A stretch of 64,000 nt of DNA from Anaerolineales bacterium (GTDB taxonomy: Bacteria > Chloroflexota > Anaerolineae > Anaerolineales > Villigracilaceae). The notes beneath the pieces were generated by a model. That model saw only the letters and a program-made list of their open reading frames with translations. It did not search any database and was not told where the DNA came from. Each line of letters begins with the position of its first letter. Positions within the stretch are counted from its first letter, which is position 1. This document shows, piece after piece, positions 17,387 through 27,166 of the stretch. Where the stretch lies: contig DATHTL010000139.1 of NCBI GenBank assembly GCA_035463255.1, positions 2,279-66,278 of the forward strand. Direction: 5' to 3'. A program made the translations under genes and the position numbers.

Positions 17387-18448
17387 TTGCTCCTCATGAG
17401 CAAAAAATTTCTGGTAAGTCTGACGGTATTTCTGCTGGTATTCCTGGCGGCATGTGGCGCGCCGGCCGCAACCCAGACTGCAAACGATGTTCCCGTAACG
17501 GGTGACTCTCTAAGCGGTCCCCTGGTCATTTATTCAGGGCGTTCAGAGGCCCTTATCCAGCCGGTCATCGATGCATTCAAGGCACAACATCCGGAAGTGG
17601 ATGTGTTGTTGAAATCAGGCAACAACAGCGAGTTAGCCAATGCCCTGCTCGAGGAGCAGAATAATCCCCAGGCAGATGTGTTTATCACAACCGAGCTGGT
17701 TACCATCCAGTCACTGGCCCAGCAGGGAGCCTTCGCGTCCTATCGCCCCGAAGGTGTGGATCAGATCCCGGCTGAGTTTGTTGGCGCGGACAACATGTGG
17801 GTTGGCCTGACTCGCCGCGTCCGCGTGATCATGTACAACACCGACCTGGTCTCTGAGGATGAGGCACCTAGATCGATCTTCGATCTCACCGATCCAAAGT
17901 GGCGCGGCCAGATCGCGTTGGCTGGCTCGACGAATGGATCCATGCAGGCACAAGTCGCCGCGATGCGACAGTTGACCGGCGAGGAACAAACCGAAGCATG
18001 GCTGAAGGGGTTAATTGAAAATGATGCCACGTTCTTCGGCGGCCACACGGATGTCCGTAAGGCGGTGGGAGCCGGCGAGTTTAAGATCGGTCTCGTCAAC
18101 CACTACTATTACTACCTTCAAAAGGCAGAAGGCAGCCCGGTTGGCATCGTGTTCCCCGATCAGCAGGAAGGCCAGATTGGTTTGATCACCAACGCGACGG
18201 CTGCCGCAATCGTGGAAGGCGCACCGAACCGCGCCAACGCAGAGGCCTTCATCGATTTCCTGTTGTCGGAAGAGGGCCAAAAACTGTTTGCCGAATTGAA
18301 CTATGAGTATCCCCTTCGCTCTGGCGTTGCACTGAGCCCGGATGTTCTGGCACTGGATGAGTTCCGCTTTGCAGATGTCAACGTCAGCCAGGCAGCCAGT
18401 GACGTCGATGCTACTTTTGCGCTGATCGAAAAAGTAAATTTGCCGTAA
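17387..18448 (+). CDS. Fe(III) ABC transporter substrate-binding lipoprotein (FbpA/FutA-like)
   Basis: AGGAGG RBS, lipobox LAAC, VIYSGR, PQADVF, NHYYYY iron-ligating tyrosines, NYEYP. Confidence 0.9.
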   Translation: MLLMSKKFLVSLTVFLLVFLAACGAPAATQTANDVPVTGDSLSGPLVIYSGRSEALIQPVIDAFKAQHPEVDVLLKSGNNSELANALLEEQNNPQADVFITTELVTIQSLAQQGAFASYRPEGVDQIPAEFVGADNMWVGLTRRVRVIMYNTDLVSEDEAPRSIFDLTDPKWRGQIALAGSTNGSMQAQVAAMRQLTGEEQTEAWLKGLIENDATFFGGHTDVRKAVGAGEFKIGLVNHYYYYLQKAEGSPVGIVFPDQQEGQIGLITNATAAAIVEGAPNRANAEAFIDFLLSEEGQKLFAELNYEYPLRSGVALSPDVLALDEFRFADVNVSQAASDVDATFALIEKVNLP

Positions 18449-18473
18449 CCATTGAAGAGATCATAAGAATCCG

Positions 18474-20105
18474 GTGATCGTTCCCCGCACGAACGCACGT
18501 TTCTTTCCATTGCAGACCATCAGCCTCCGGCTCTTAATGGCCGCGGGGCTGGTGGCTCTGTTCGTTTCGATCCCGATGCTGTACATCTTCATCCGCGCGA
18601 TCGGCGGGGGCGCGGACGTTTGGGCAAGGCTGCTGCAGACGCGCATCTGGGGGTTGTTGGCCAATACACTGGTTCTAACGCTGATCGTTACGGCCGGCAC
18701 CTCTGCCCTGGGGGTGGGAATGGCATGGCTGACCGAACGTACAGACATGCCGGGGCGCAAGATCTTCCGCTGGCTGCTGGCGCTGCCACTGGCCATTCCC
18801 GCCTACATTGGCGCGATCGTCCACCTGGCACTGTTGCGGCCCCGAGGTGGTTATATCCCCCAGTTCTTAGAATCGCTGTTAGGGCACCCGGTGCATACAC
18901 CGAGTCCTTTAGGACTTTTTGGCGCCTCGTTCATACTGATCTTGTTTCTATATCCATATGTGTATCTGTTGAGCGGCGCGGCTTTCCGTTCCCTGCATGC
19001 GGCACTGGATGAAGCCTCTCACCTTTTCGGCAGGAACAACTGGCAAACGCTTTGGAGCGTGACACTCCCTGCCCTGCGCCCCGGATTGACTGCAGGCGCG
19101 CTGCTCGTCACTCTTGATATCCTCGCGGAATACGGGACAGTGGCCCTGCTTCGCTATGAAACCTTCTCCTCAGCGATCTTTGTGCAGCTCTCTGGCCGCT
19201 ATGACCGCGCCGCTGCTTCCGTGTTGAGCGGAGTCTTGGTCTTGATTGCGGTGATCGCCCTGTGGGGCGAATTGCGCATGGAGGGCAAAGCAAAGCACAC
19301 GCAGCTCGATAGCAACTGGCGGCGAGCTCGTCCGATCGGGCTGGGCGCCTGGCGTGTTCCGGCGTTTTTACTGGTTTTGGGCGTGTGCTTTGCATCTTTG
19401 ATCGTTCCGATCGTCGTGTTGGCCGTTTGGAGCATTCAGGCCTTTTCAGATCCGCAGTTGTTGAGCAATGTGCTGCAAAGCGGCTCGCGTACCATTTTCA
19501 ATTTTGCTTTCAATAGTTTGTGGAGCGCTGGCCTGGCGGCGTTTTTGGCTGTGTTGCTATCCTTACCGGTCGCATTGTTTGCCAGGCGTCACCCTGGGCA
19601 GCTCTCGCGCGTGATCTCCCGGCTGTGTCAGACGGGGTATGCCTTACCGGGAGTTGTTGTGGCGTTGAGCCTGGTGCTTGTTGTGAATCGTGGACTTCCT
19701 TTCCTGTACGGCACCCCGTTTGTCATTGTGATCGCATACATTCTCAGACACATGCCCCAGGCCGTGCGGGCTAGCGAAGCCGCGCTGACCCAGCTCTCGC
19801 CGAGTATGGAAGAGGCAGCCCGCAGCCTCGGAAGGACTTCCCTTCAAACCTTTACGCAAGTGACATTGCCTCTGATCCTGCCGGGACTGCTGGCCGGCGG
19901 GGCACTAGTCTTTTTGACCTCTTTGAAGGAATTACCTGCCACGCTTCTCCTGCGGCCGGCCGGTTTCGATACGCTGGCCGTCCGTGTCTGGATCTGGGCG
20001 GCGGAGGGCTTTTATACGCAAGCCGCACCCGCGGCTCTCCTGTTGATCCTGGCGTCGGTGATCCCTCTCTCCTTTTTGCTAAAACGAGAACAGATTTTTA
20101 AATGA
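18474..20105 (+). CDS. Fe(III) ABC transporter permease (FbpB-like)
   Basis: Duplicated permease domains with DEASHLFG and EEAARSLG loops; LKELPATLLLRP. Confidence 0.9.
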   Translation: MIVPRTNARFFPLQTISLRLLMAAGLVALFVSIPMLYIFIRAIGGGADVWARLLQTRIWGLLANTLVLTLIVTAGTSALGVGMAWLTERTDMPGRKIFRWLLALPLAIPAYIGAIVHLALLRPRGGYIPQFLESLLGHPVHTPSPLGLFGASFILILFLYPYVYLLSGAAFRSLHAALDEASHLFGRNNWQTLWSVTLPALRPGLTAGALLVTLDILAEYGTVALLRYETFSSAIFVQLSGRYDRAAASVLSGVLVLIAVIALWGELRMEGKAKHTQLDSNWRRARPIGLGAWRVPAFLLVLGVCFASLIVPIVVLAVWSIQAFSDPQLLSNVLQSGSRTIFNFAFNSLWSAGLAAFLAVLLSLPVALFARRHPGQLSRVISRLCQTGYALPGVVVALSLVLVVNRGLPFLYGTPFVIVIAYILRHMPQAVRASEAALTQLSPSMEEAARSLGRTSLQTFTQVTLPLILPGLLAGGALVFLTSLKELPATLLLRPAGFDTLAVRVWIWAAEGFYTQAAPAALLLILASVIPLSFLLKREQIFK

Positions 20106-21160
20106 CAGCTCTTGAAGTCCATCACCTCAGCAAAACGTTTGATTCCGCATCTCCCGCCGCGGTCTCCGATGTTTCATTTGTGTTGGAACGCGGTGAGATC
20201 ATTGCTTTATTAGGCCCGTCCGGTTGTGGGAAGACCACCACGCTGCGATTGATCGCCGGGTTTGAGCGCCCCGATGAGGGGAGAGTAATTCTGAACGACC
20301 GCGTCATGGCAGACCGTGCAACGTTCGTGCCACCGGAGAAGCGTGGCATCAGCATGGTCTTTCAAGATCATGCTCTCTTCCCGCACCTGACTGCAAAACA
20401 AAATGTGCTCTTCGGGTTGAACAAACTGCCGAAGACCGTGGCGCAGGAGAAGGCAATCGGGATGTTGAGACTCGTCGGCCTGGAGCACCTCTCCGAGCGT
20501 TACCCGCATGAGCTCTCCGGCGGTGAACGTCAACGGATCGCGCTGGCCCGCGCCCTTGCGCCGAATCCGGTGCTGCTTCTGTTGGACGAGCCGTTCAGCA
20601 GCCTGGATGCCGACATGCGTGTGGAAGTGCGTGAGCAGGTGCGCGGGATTCTCAAAGCGGCGCGTGCTACGGCCGTGTTTGTGACTCACGACCAGGAAGA
20701 AGCCCTCTACATGGGCGACCGGATTGCCGTCTTCAATAAAGGCCGAATTGAGCAAATTGACGTGCCGCAGCGGGTCTTCCATTCACCCAACAGCCGCTTC
20801 GTTGCGGATTTTATTGGAAGCACCGATTTTATCGCCGGGGAAGTCGTGGAACAGGGTGTGCAAACGGAGATCGGGTTGCTCGACCAGCATCCTGATTTGC
20901 CTCATGGTACAAAGGTGGAAATCGCGGTCCGCTTTGACGATATCAAGTTCTCGCAGCGGGCAGGCAGCAAATCGCTTGTATTAGAGCAGCAGTTCCGCGG
21001 CGCGTACAACATCTATCGCTTGCGACTGCCCTCGGGAAACCTGGTCCATGCCATGCAGCCGCATACGGCGTTTTTCAAACCGGGAACTCCCGTACAAGTT
21101 TCGTTTGTCTTCGATCATCCCCTGGCAATTTTTCACAACGGCGTAGCAGTGGACGGTTAA
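20102..21160 (+). CDS. Fe(III) ABC transporter ATP-binding protein (FbpC-like)
   Basis: GPSGCGKT, LSGGERQR, LLLDEP, VTHDQEEA, TOBE tail. Confidence 0.93.
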   Translation: MTALEVHHLSKTFDSASPAAVSDVSFVLERGEIIALLGPSGCGKTTTLRLIAGFERPDEGRVILNDRVMADRATFVPPEKRGISMVFQDHALFPHLTAKQNVLFGLNKLPKTVAQEKAIGMLRLVGLEHLSERYPHELSGGERQRIALARALAPNPVLLLLDEPFSSLDADMRVEVREQVRGILKAARATAVFVTHDQEEALYMGDRIAVFNKGRIEQIDVPQRVFHSPNSRFVADFIGSTDFIAGEVVEQGVQTEIGLLDQHPDLPHGTKVEIAVRFDDIKFSQRAGSKSLVLEQQFRGAYNIYRLRLPSGNLVHAMQPHTAFFKPGTPVQVSFVFDHPLAIFHNGVAVDG

Positions 21161-21165
21161 ATAGC

Positions 21166-21201
21166 AACAGGCTCCAGACTGGAAAAGGTCTGAAGCCTGT
21201 T
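21166..21201. terminator. Hairpin between convergent genes
   Basis: AACAGGCTCCAGAC-TGGAAAAG-GTCTGAAGCCTGTT. Confidence 0.55.
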
Positions 21202-21928
21202 ATCGTTTGATTTCACAACTGAAGACTTCACCAAATGCTGCAATCACCTCCTGCTTCACACGCTCAATCGAGGGTGGTTCGGGAAACAGATCCGCGATTG
21301 AGACGACCGGTTCATCCTGCAGTCCACAAGCAATGATTCCTTCCCAATAATCCATATCCGGATTTACGTTCAGCGCAAAGCCGTGCCGTGAGATGCCGCG
21401 CGCATCTACTTTGACGCCGATCGCCGCGATCTTGGCGGGCTTCTGCCGATCTTCCGGCCGGCAGCGCGGACAGCGCGAATGCACATCCGGCTGGATCCAC
21501 ACCCCGGTCAGCCCGGACCTCTGCCCGGCCGCGAGCCCCAGGCGAGCCAGCGCGACGATCAGCATCTGTTCCAGCTTGCGCACATACCCGACATAATCTG
21601 CTTGAGGAATATGCTCATCTCCGGTCCGCAGGTGTGTTGGAGCGAGAGGAAATAATGGATACCCCACCAGCTGCCCCGGCCCGTGATACGTTACATCGCC
21701 ACCCCGATCCACCCAGTGGATGGCGATCCCTTTCTCTTTCAGCTGCGATTCACCCCAAAGCAGATTTTCCTGCTTTCCGCGCCGGCCGAACGTATATACG
21801 TGCGGATGCTCCAGCAGCATCAAGGTTGGCGGGCGCTTTCCCTCTGCGATTTCCGCGGCAAACTCATCCTGTAATTTCCAGGCACGCTCATAATCTATAA
21901 GACCCAGGTCGATCACTTCACAAAACAT
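21200..21928 (-). CDS. lipB: Lipoyl(octanoyl) transferase LipB
   Basis: LLEHPHVYTFG, DRGGDVTYHGPGQLVGYP, KIAAIG, HGFALN, IIACG. Confidence 0.93.
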   Translation of the reverse strand: MFCEVIDLGLIDYERAWKLQDEFAAEIAEGKRPPTLMLLEHPHVYTFGRRGKQENLLWGESQLKEKGIAIHWVDRGGDVTYHGPGQLVGYPLFPLAPTHLRTGDEHIPQADYVGYVRKLEQMLIVALARLGLAAGQRSGLTGVWIQPDVHSRCPRCRPEDRQKPAKIAAIGVKVDARGISRHGFALNVNPDMDYWEGIIACGLQDEPVVSIADLFPEPPSIERVKQEVIAAFGEVFSCEIKR

Positions 21929-23337
21929 TATTTTTTGTTTTCTTCGAGCCATTTCGCATGATTTGCCAGCCCATCATAGGCAGCATACTGATAAGAGTCG
22001 GAAAGAGTAGGATAGTTGTACACCGCCTCGATAAACTCATCAATGGGGCCATTCGCCAGCATCACGTGTGAGGCAATATGAATTAATTCAGATGCCTGCT
22101 CACCAATGATGTGAGCACCCAGGAGTTTCTTGTCGATAGGCGAAAAGATAAGCTTGATCATCCCGCTCATATCACCGATGATCTGCCCACGTGCATTTTC
22201 TTCATAGTACGCGCGACCCACCAGATAAGGAACATTCTTTTCTCTGCACTCATCTTCGGTCAAACCCACGGAGGAAAGTTCGGGCACAGCATAGACCGCA
22301 AAAGGCAGAAACGGAGCCAGCTTCTCCTTGTATTCCAGGTCGAAGGCATGCACGACGGCTGCCCGGGCCTGCTCCATAGACGTAGATGCCAGAGCCGGAA
22401 AACCGATCACATCGCCTACAGCATAGATGTTCGGGATGTTGGTGCGATAATCTTCGTCCACCAGGATTAGTCCCCGTTTGCCTTGCTTGACCCCAACCTG
22501 CTCCAGATTTAAAGCTTCCACGTTGCTCTGCCTGCCGGCCGCGATCAAAGCAACATCAACCTCCAGCTTGCCGCCTTTTTCCAGTTTTATATGCACGTGG
22601 TCACTGCGTCGTTCAATTTCACTCATCTGTTCATTGAACTTAAACTTGATCCCCAGTTTCAATAGCTGATCCATCAAACGCTGGCCGATCTCCGAATCGA
22701 CGAAGGAGATGATGCGGTCGCCGCGCTCGATCAACGTGACGTGGATGCCCAGCGCCGTAAAGATCGATGCATATTCCGTGCCGATCACCCCTCCGCCGAC
22801 AACTGCCATCGTTTTTGGCAGGCGCTTGAGGTGCAGGATGGAATCGGAATCACAGATCAATTCATGGTCAAACGGCACTTCTGGTGGACGATGTGGAGAT
22901 GAGCCGGTAGCGATCAGAATCACTTCCCCCCACAGCTCTTTCTCACCGATCGATGACTTCACCACGACAGTGTGCGCATCCTTAAGCGAACCTTCTCCGT
23001 GGATCAGATCGATATCGTGTTGATCGATATGCGCGACGATCATCTTCCGCTCTTTTCGCACGACGGTGCGCTCGCGGAACATGAAGTCTTTGATCGTCAG
23101 GTTTTCCCTGATGGAATAGTCAATACCGTAGAGGCCGCGTTGCCGCAACCCCGAAAAATACAGGGCCGATTCCCGCAATGTTTTTGAGGGAACCGTCCCT
23201 GTATTGATCCCTGCTCCGCCGGGATAAGGCGCGCGCTCGATCAGCGCGACTCGCTTGCCATACTGAGCAGCTTTTGATGCACCTTTTTCCCCCGCTGGCC
23301 CGGCGCCGATGACGATCAGATCATATTTTTCTGCCAA
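21928..23337 (-). CDS. sthA: Soluble pyridine nucleotide transhydrogenase
   Basis: GAGPAGE, GTVPSKTLRE with no redox disulfide, GGGVIGTEYAS, VIGFPALASTSMEQ, YNYPTLS. Confidence 0.88.
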   Translation of the reverse strand: MAEKYDLIVIGAGPAGEKGASKAAQYGKRVALIERAPYPGGAGINTGTVPSKTLRESALYFSGLRQRGLYGIDYSIRENLTIKDFMFRERTVVRKERKMIVAHIDQHDIDLIHGEGSLKDAHTVVVKSSIGEKELWGEVILIATGSSPHRPPEVPFDHELICDSDSILHLKRLPKTMAVVGGGVIGTEYASIFTALGIHVTLIERGDRIISFVDSEIGQRLMDQLLKLGIKFKFNEQMSEIERRSDHVHIKLEKGGKLEVDVALIAAGRQSNVEALNLEQVGVKQGKRGLILVDEDYRTNIPNIYAVGDVIGFPALASTSMEQARAAVVHAFDLEYKEKLAPFLPFAVYAVPELSSVGLTEDECREKNVPYLVGRAYYEENARGQIIGDMSGMIKLIFSPIDKKLLGAHIIGEQASELIHIASHVMLANGPIDEFIEAVYNYPTLSDSYQYAAYDGLANHAKWLEENKK

Positions 23338-23343
23338 ATCTCT

Positions 23344-24759
23344 TTATTCAAATACTCTTCGATATAAATCAGATTCCAGTAAATTATTCGGATCGCACCG
23401 CTTTTTGAGCTCTTTGAATTTTGCAATGGTTTCTTCGCCTAGAAATGCACGCGCCGCTTCTGCAGAGGTCTCACTGTTCTTGGCAAAGTAAAAGCGTCCA
23501 CCGGCGTTCAGCACCATACGATCGAACTCCTGCAACATTTTGCTTAACGCAGAACGGTTTCCATCTGTCACTTTATAATCCATGGCGAGTGAGAAGCCAT
23601 CGACGGCGTGGGTGAGAAGAAACTTATCGGGGCGGTGCCGTTTGGTGACTCCCAGGTAAGACGGCAAGCCACGCTTCTGCGAAAGCGCGATCATCTCGCG
23701 CCAGGTCGCTTCAGCAGTTTCCTTGGGCAGGAACGATTGGTATTGGATCAACCCGCCGCGCCCGTAGGCCAGCTCCCAGTTGGGGACATAATCAAGCAAA
23801 AAATGAAACGCGGCATGCGACTGCCGGAATGTATGCTTGCGAAGGGAAGCCACATATTTTGCCGTGTTGATCCCCCAGGCACCCAGATTGATCATGAATG
23901 GTCGCATGAAATAATGCAAGATCGATTTGGGCATGACCCCGAAAATCCGCGGCGGCAGCGTCTGATTTTCCAGCCGCATGGTTTCCTGGGGATTCGGATC
24001 TTCCCCATCTTTCAAATTATTCGCAGCATGGAGCTGTCCACGCCCGATGTTTTTCCCACCCGCGGTAGTATCGAGCCAACCGACGATATAGTCGTAGTGA
24101 GGAGCGTTCTCGAGCAGGTCGTGCAGGTGTTGGTTGAGATTCGGCACGGACCACGCATCCACAGACATCAGCCCGGAATGGATGCGCTTCATCTGCATCG
24201 TAACGGAAGTGAAAATGCCGAGCATCCCCAGCCCGCTGATCATCGCGTAGAACAGGTCTGCATTTTGCTGGGGTGTACAGGTGACGGTTTCGCCAGTAGG
24301 CAGCATGGCGGTAAATTCTTTCACGTGCTCGCCGATGGTGCCTTTTTGAAAATTATTCTTGCCATGAATGTTCGCCCCGAGGCAGCCACCCAGGGTTGTC
24401 TTCATCGTGCCGGAGACCACAGGAGGCCACCAGCCATGCGGCTCAATGTGTTTCCATAATTTCTCAAGCGTCACGCCAGGCTCACAACGAACCACGCCGG
24501 AGGCCGGATCCCATTCCAGGATCTGGTTCATAGCAGACATATCCAGCATAATGCCGCCGCCGTTCAATGACGCGTCGTTATAACTCCTCCCCGCGCCGCG
24601 CGCGGTGACCGTCAACCCCGTATCCTGTGCAAGACAAAAGATATCGTGGACCTCTTGGGCCGTCGTGGGACGGAAACGATAGGAGGGCGCCCGCATCGAG
24701 TGCCCAAAGTTTTCAAGTTGTGTGAAGTTTTTCAGTGAGAGTGTCATATTTGCTTCCAT
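23344..24759 (-). CDS. FAD-binding oxidoreductase, DprE1-like (prenylphosphoryl-beta-D-ribose oxidase)
   Basis: RGAGRSYND, PVVSGT, GANIHGKN, GLIQYQ, GFSLAMD, GGRFYFAK, KRCDPNNLLESD. Confidence 0.75.
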   Translation of the reverse strand: MEANMTLSLKNFTQLENFGHSMRAPSYRFRPTTAQEVHDIFCLAQDTGLTVTARGAGRSYNDASLNGGGIMLDMSAMNQILEWDPASGVVRCEPGVTLEKLWKHIEPHGWWPPVVSGTMKTTLGGCLGANIHGKNNFQKGTIGEHVKEFTAMLPTGETVTCTPQQNADLFYAMISGLGMLGIFTSVTMQMKRIHSGLMSVDAWSVPNLNQHLHDLLENAPHYDYIVGWLDTTAGGKNIGRGQLHAANNLKDGEDPNPQETMRLENQTLPPRIFGVMPKSILHYFMRPFMINLGAWGINTAKYVASLRKHTFRQSHAAFHFLLDYVPNWELAYGRGGLIQYQSFLPKETAEATWREMIALSQKRGLPSYLGVTKRHRPDKFLLTHAVDGFSLAMDYKVTDGNRSALSKMLQEFDRMVLNAGGRFYFAKNSETSAEAARAFLGEETIAKFKELKKRCDPNNLLESDLYRRVFE

Positions 24760-24762
24760 GCT

Positions 24763-25554
24763 CTAGAATGATAACCTTCGAAAAATGAACGAAGGTGTGT
24801 GTTGGATGGCCAGCATGATCCAGCGCCAGATGGGTGGAGTGTAGATCATCTGCCTGCGTTTCTTGATGGCCCGCACGATATCCTCGGCAGCTTTTTCGGT
24901 GGGGATCAAAAAGGGCGTCGGGCCTTGCGCCGCTTTGACCATTTCCGTTTCGACAAAGCCAGGCTTCACCGTCAGCACATTGACGCCGTGCCGGGTAAGA
25001 CGATTGCGCAATGCCTCAAGAAAGGTAGCCAGCCCTGCTTTGGATGTGTTATAGCCGGGGTTACCCACACGTCCGCGATCACCCGCCACAGAACCAATGC
25101 CGACAATTTGCCCCGCCTTTGCAGATTGGAACATCTCCGCCACCGGAGTCAGCCAGGCCATCGCGCCCAGCAGATTGACCTCGATCATCCTGCGGTCGTT
25201 GACAAAATTATATTTGTCGATCCCCCCGGGGGGATAATTCACACCGGCCACAAATACAACCAGGTCCAGCCCGCCAAGATCGGCAACGATTCTGCGTAGA
25301 AGATCCGGGGCTCTTTCATATTCCGCCACATCATGCACATAGGCCCGGGCGCGGCCTTCCCTGGATAGTTGATTGATTTCCTGGCACAGGGATTCCAATT
25401 TGTCCTGGCGGCGGGCCAACAAAGCGAGTGAATATCCCTCACGAGCAAGCCGCCGCGCCAGCGCCGCACCGATTCCGTCAGATGCGCCGATGATGATCCC
25501 GCGTCGACGTGGATTCAGCGGTGTAGCAGCGATAGGTTTGGGGTAATTAGACAC
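24763..25554 (-). CDS. Short-chain dehydrogenase, DprE2-like
   Basis: GGAGG + GTG at 25554. GASDGIG, GSVAGDRGR, YNTSKAG, TVKPGFVET; immediately upstream of the DprE1-like gene. Confidence 0.75.
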   Translation of the reverse strand: MSNYPKPIAATPLNPRRRGIIIGASDGIGAALARRLAREGYSLALLARRQDKLESLCQEINQLSREGRARAYVHDVAEYERAPDLLRRIVADLGGLDLVVFVAGVNYPPGGIDKYNFVNDRRMIEVNLLGAMAWLTPVAEMFQSAKAGQIVGIGSVAGDRGRVGNPGYNTSKAGLATFLEALRNRLTRHGVNVLTVKPGFVETEMVKAAQGPTPFLIPTEKAAEDIVRAIKKRRQMIYTPPIWRWIMLAIQHTPSFIFRRLSF

Positions 25555-25777
25555 GGTTTCCTCCAAAAACGGGCTAGCCGATTCTAACATATCCGCCCTA
25601 ACTGATTTGTGAACCAAGGGTTGCGCGGGTTGGCTTATAATCTCAACACACTGGCCTGTAACGCGCATGCAATATATTATTGGATGCGACTGGTTATAAT
25701 CACCGATACGGCGCCTCGATAGGACAAAAGAGCCAATTAAAGGTTCATCAAAGCATGATTAAATGCGCCACTGAAAA

Positions 25778-27025
25778 ATGAGCATGGGCGATCTCCGATT
25801 GAGAATTCTGGCAGAGGCACGCAATATTCTGGAAAAAGAGGGCGGATCTCACAGTGAAAGAGAAACGCTGGTTAAGTTGCTGGATATTCTCACCGCTTCC
25901 CTCGAAAAGTTATCCCCGAACGATCATGACAGTATACAGATCTTGGCCCGTGAGCTATTCAACAATCGGGCTCTTCTCACCACCCTCAAACAGCAGACGG
26001 ATGAATTAGACGCCCTCAAGAAATTGAGCATCAACCTCACCTCCAGCCTGGACCTGCCGGATGTGCTGGACGCAGTGGTCTCAGAAGCAATGCGCCTGAT
26101 CGAGAAGACCCGAGACGTCAACATTTTCCTGTATAAGAATCACAAGCTTTCCTTTGGCGCCGCGCTGGCTGCAGATGGGACGCGCAACCGTCCCTGGGCA
26201 AAACCTCGCTCTAACGGCTTAACTTACACTGTTGCGCGCGGGGGAGAAACAATCATTGTCGAGGATATGAAGCATCATCCCTTATTCCAGAATATGCCTT
26301 CCGAGTGGTACGGCTCGATCATTGGCATTCCTCTAAAGGTTGGAGATATGGTTGTGGGTGTGATGAATCTTTCACGCTCCATCGAGGGAGGCTTTTCGTC
26401 TTCCGAGTTGCGCTTGCTCAGCCTGCTTTCCGATCAGGCCGCGGTAGCCATCTCCAATGCCAGTCTGCATCAGATGATCAGCCGGCAGGCCTACAGCGAT
26501 ACACTGACCGGCCTGCCAAACCGCCGTGCGTTGGATGAACGGTTGGAAGAGGAAGTTCTCTCCGCCCGCAGGAACAACTATTCCTTTGCGGTCATCATGA
26601 TGGATCTCGATGGATTCAAAGCAGTGAATGATACATACGGTCATTCGGTAGGCGATGATGTCTTGCGGCTGGTCTTCGGGCAAATGGCACGCGGTGTGCG
26701 CACCACAGATTTTCTGGCGCGCTATGGCGGCGACGAGCTCACCCTCATCTTGAGCCAGACCGAGTTGTCATCAGCGCGAGTGGTCACAGAGAAAATCATC
26801 GAGGGAATGAAAAAACTGAAATTCAGGCTGCCCGATGGCAGGCGGCTCAAGCTAGGTATCTCCGGCGGCATTGCATTGTTCCCCGTCCATGCCCGCAGCG
26901 GTCCCGATCTCTTGCGCGCCGCGGATGCTGCGCTCTACCATGCCAAGAAGTACAAACGCGGCACCTTCGAGATTGCCCATGGCATCACCGGCCCCCTGGC
27001 CGTGCACCAGATCGGACGAGAATAA
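25778..27025 (+). CDS. GAF-domain diguanylate cyclase
   Basis: GAF domain, then DTLTGLPNRR, DLDGFKAVND, RTTD I-site and RYGGDEL. Confidence 0.92.
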   Translation: MSMGDLRLRILAEARNILEKEGGSHSERETLVKLLDILTASLEKLSPNDHDSIQILARELFNNRALLTTLKQQTDELDALKKLSINLTSSLDLPDVLDAVVSEAMRLIEKTRDVNIFLYKNHKLSFGAALAADGTRNRPWAKPRSNGLTYTVARGGETIIVEDMKHHPLFQNMPSEWYGSIIGIPLKVGDMVVGVMNLSRSIEGGFSSSELRLLSLLSDQAAVAISNASLHQMISRQAYSDTLTGLPNRRALDERLEEEVLSARRNNYSFAVIMMDLDGFKAVNDTYGHSVGDDVLRLVFGQMARGVRTTDFLARYGGDELTLILSQTELSSARVVTEKIIEGMKKLKFRLPDGRRLKLGISGGIALFPVHARSGPDLLRAADAALYHAKKYKRGTFEIAHGITGPLAVHQIGRE

Positions 27026-27166
27026 AGCCTCTATTTGCAATTACGGGGGTTATAATTTTGGAAATTAATAAGCCTTGCGAAGGTTCGAATGAAAGAGACT
27101 CAGCTTGAGGAAAACCTTCGCAAGGCTTCTTGTAAAAATAAATCCATTTCGAAGAGAGAATTCAGC

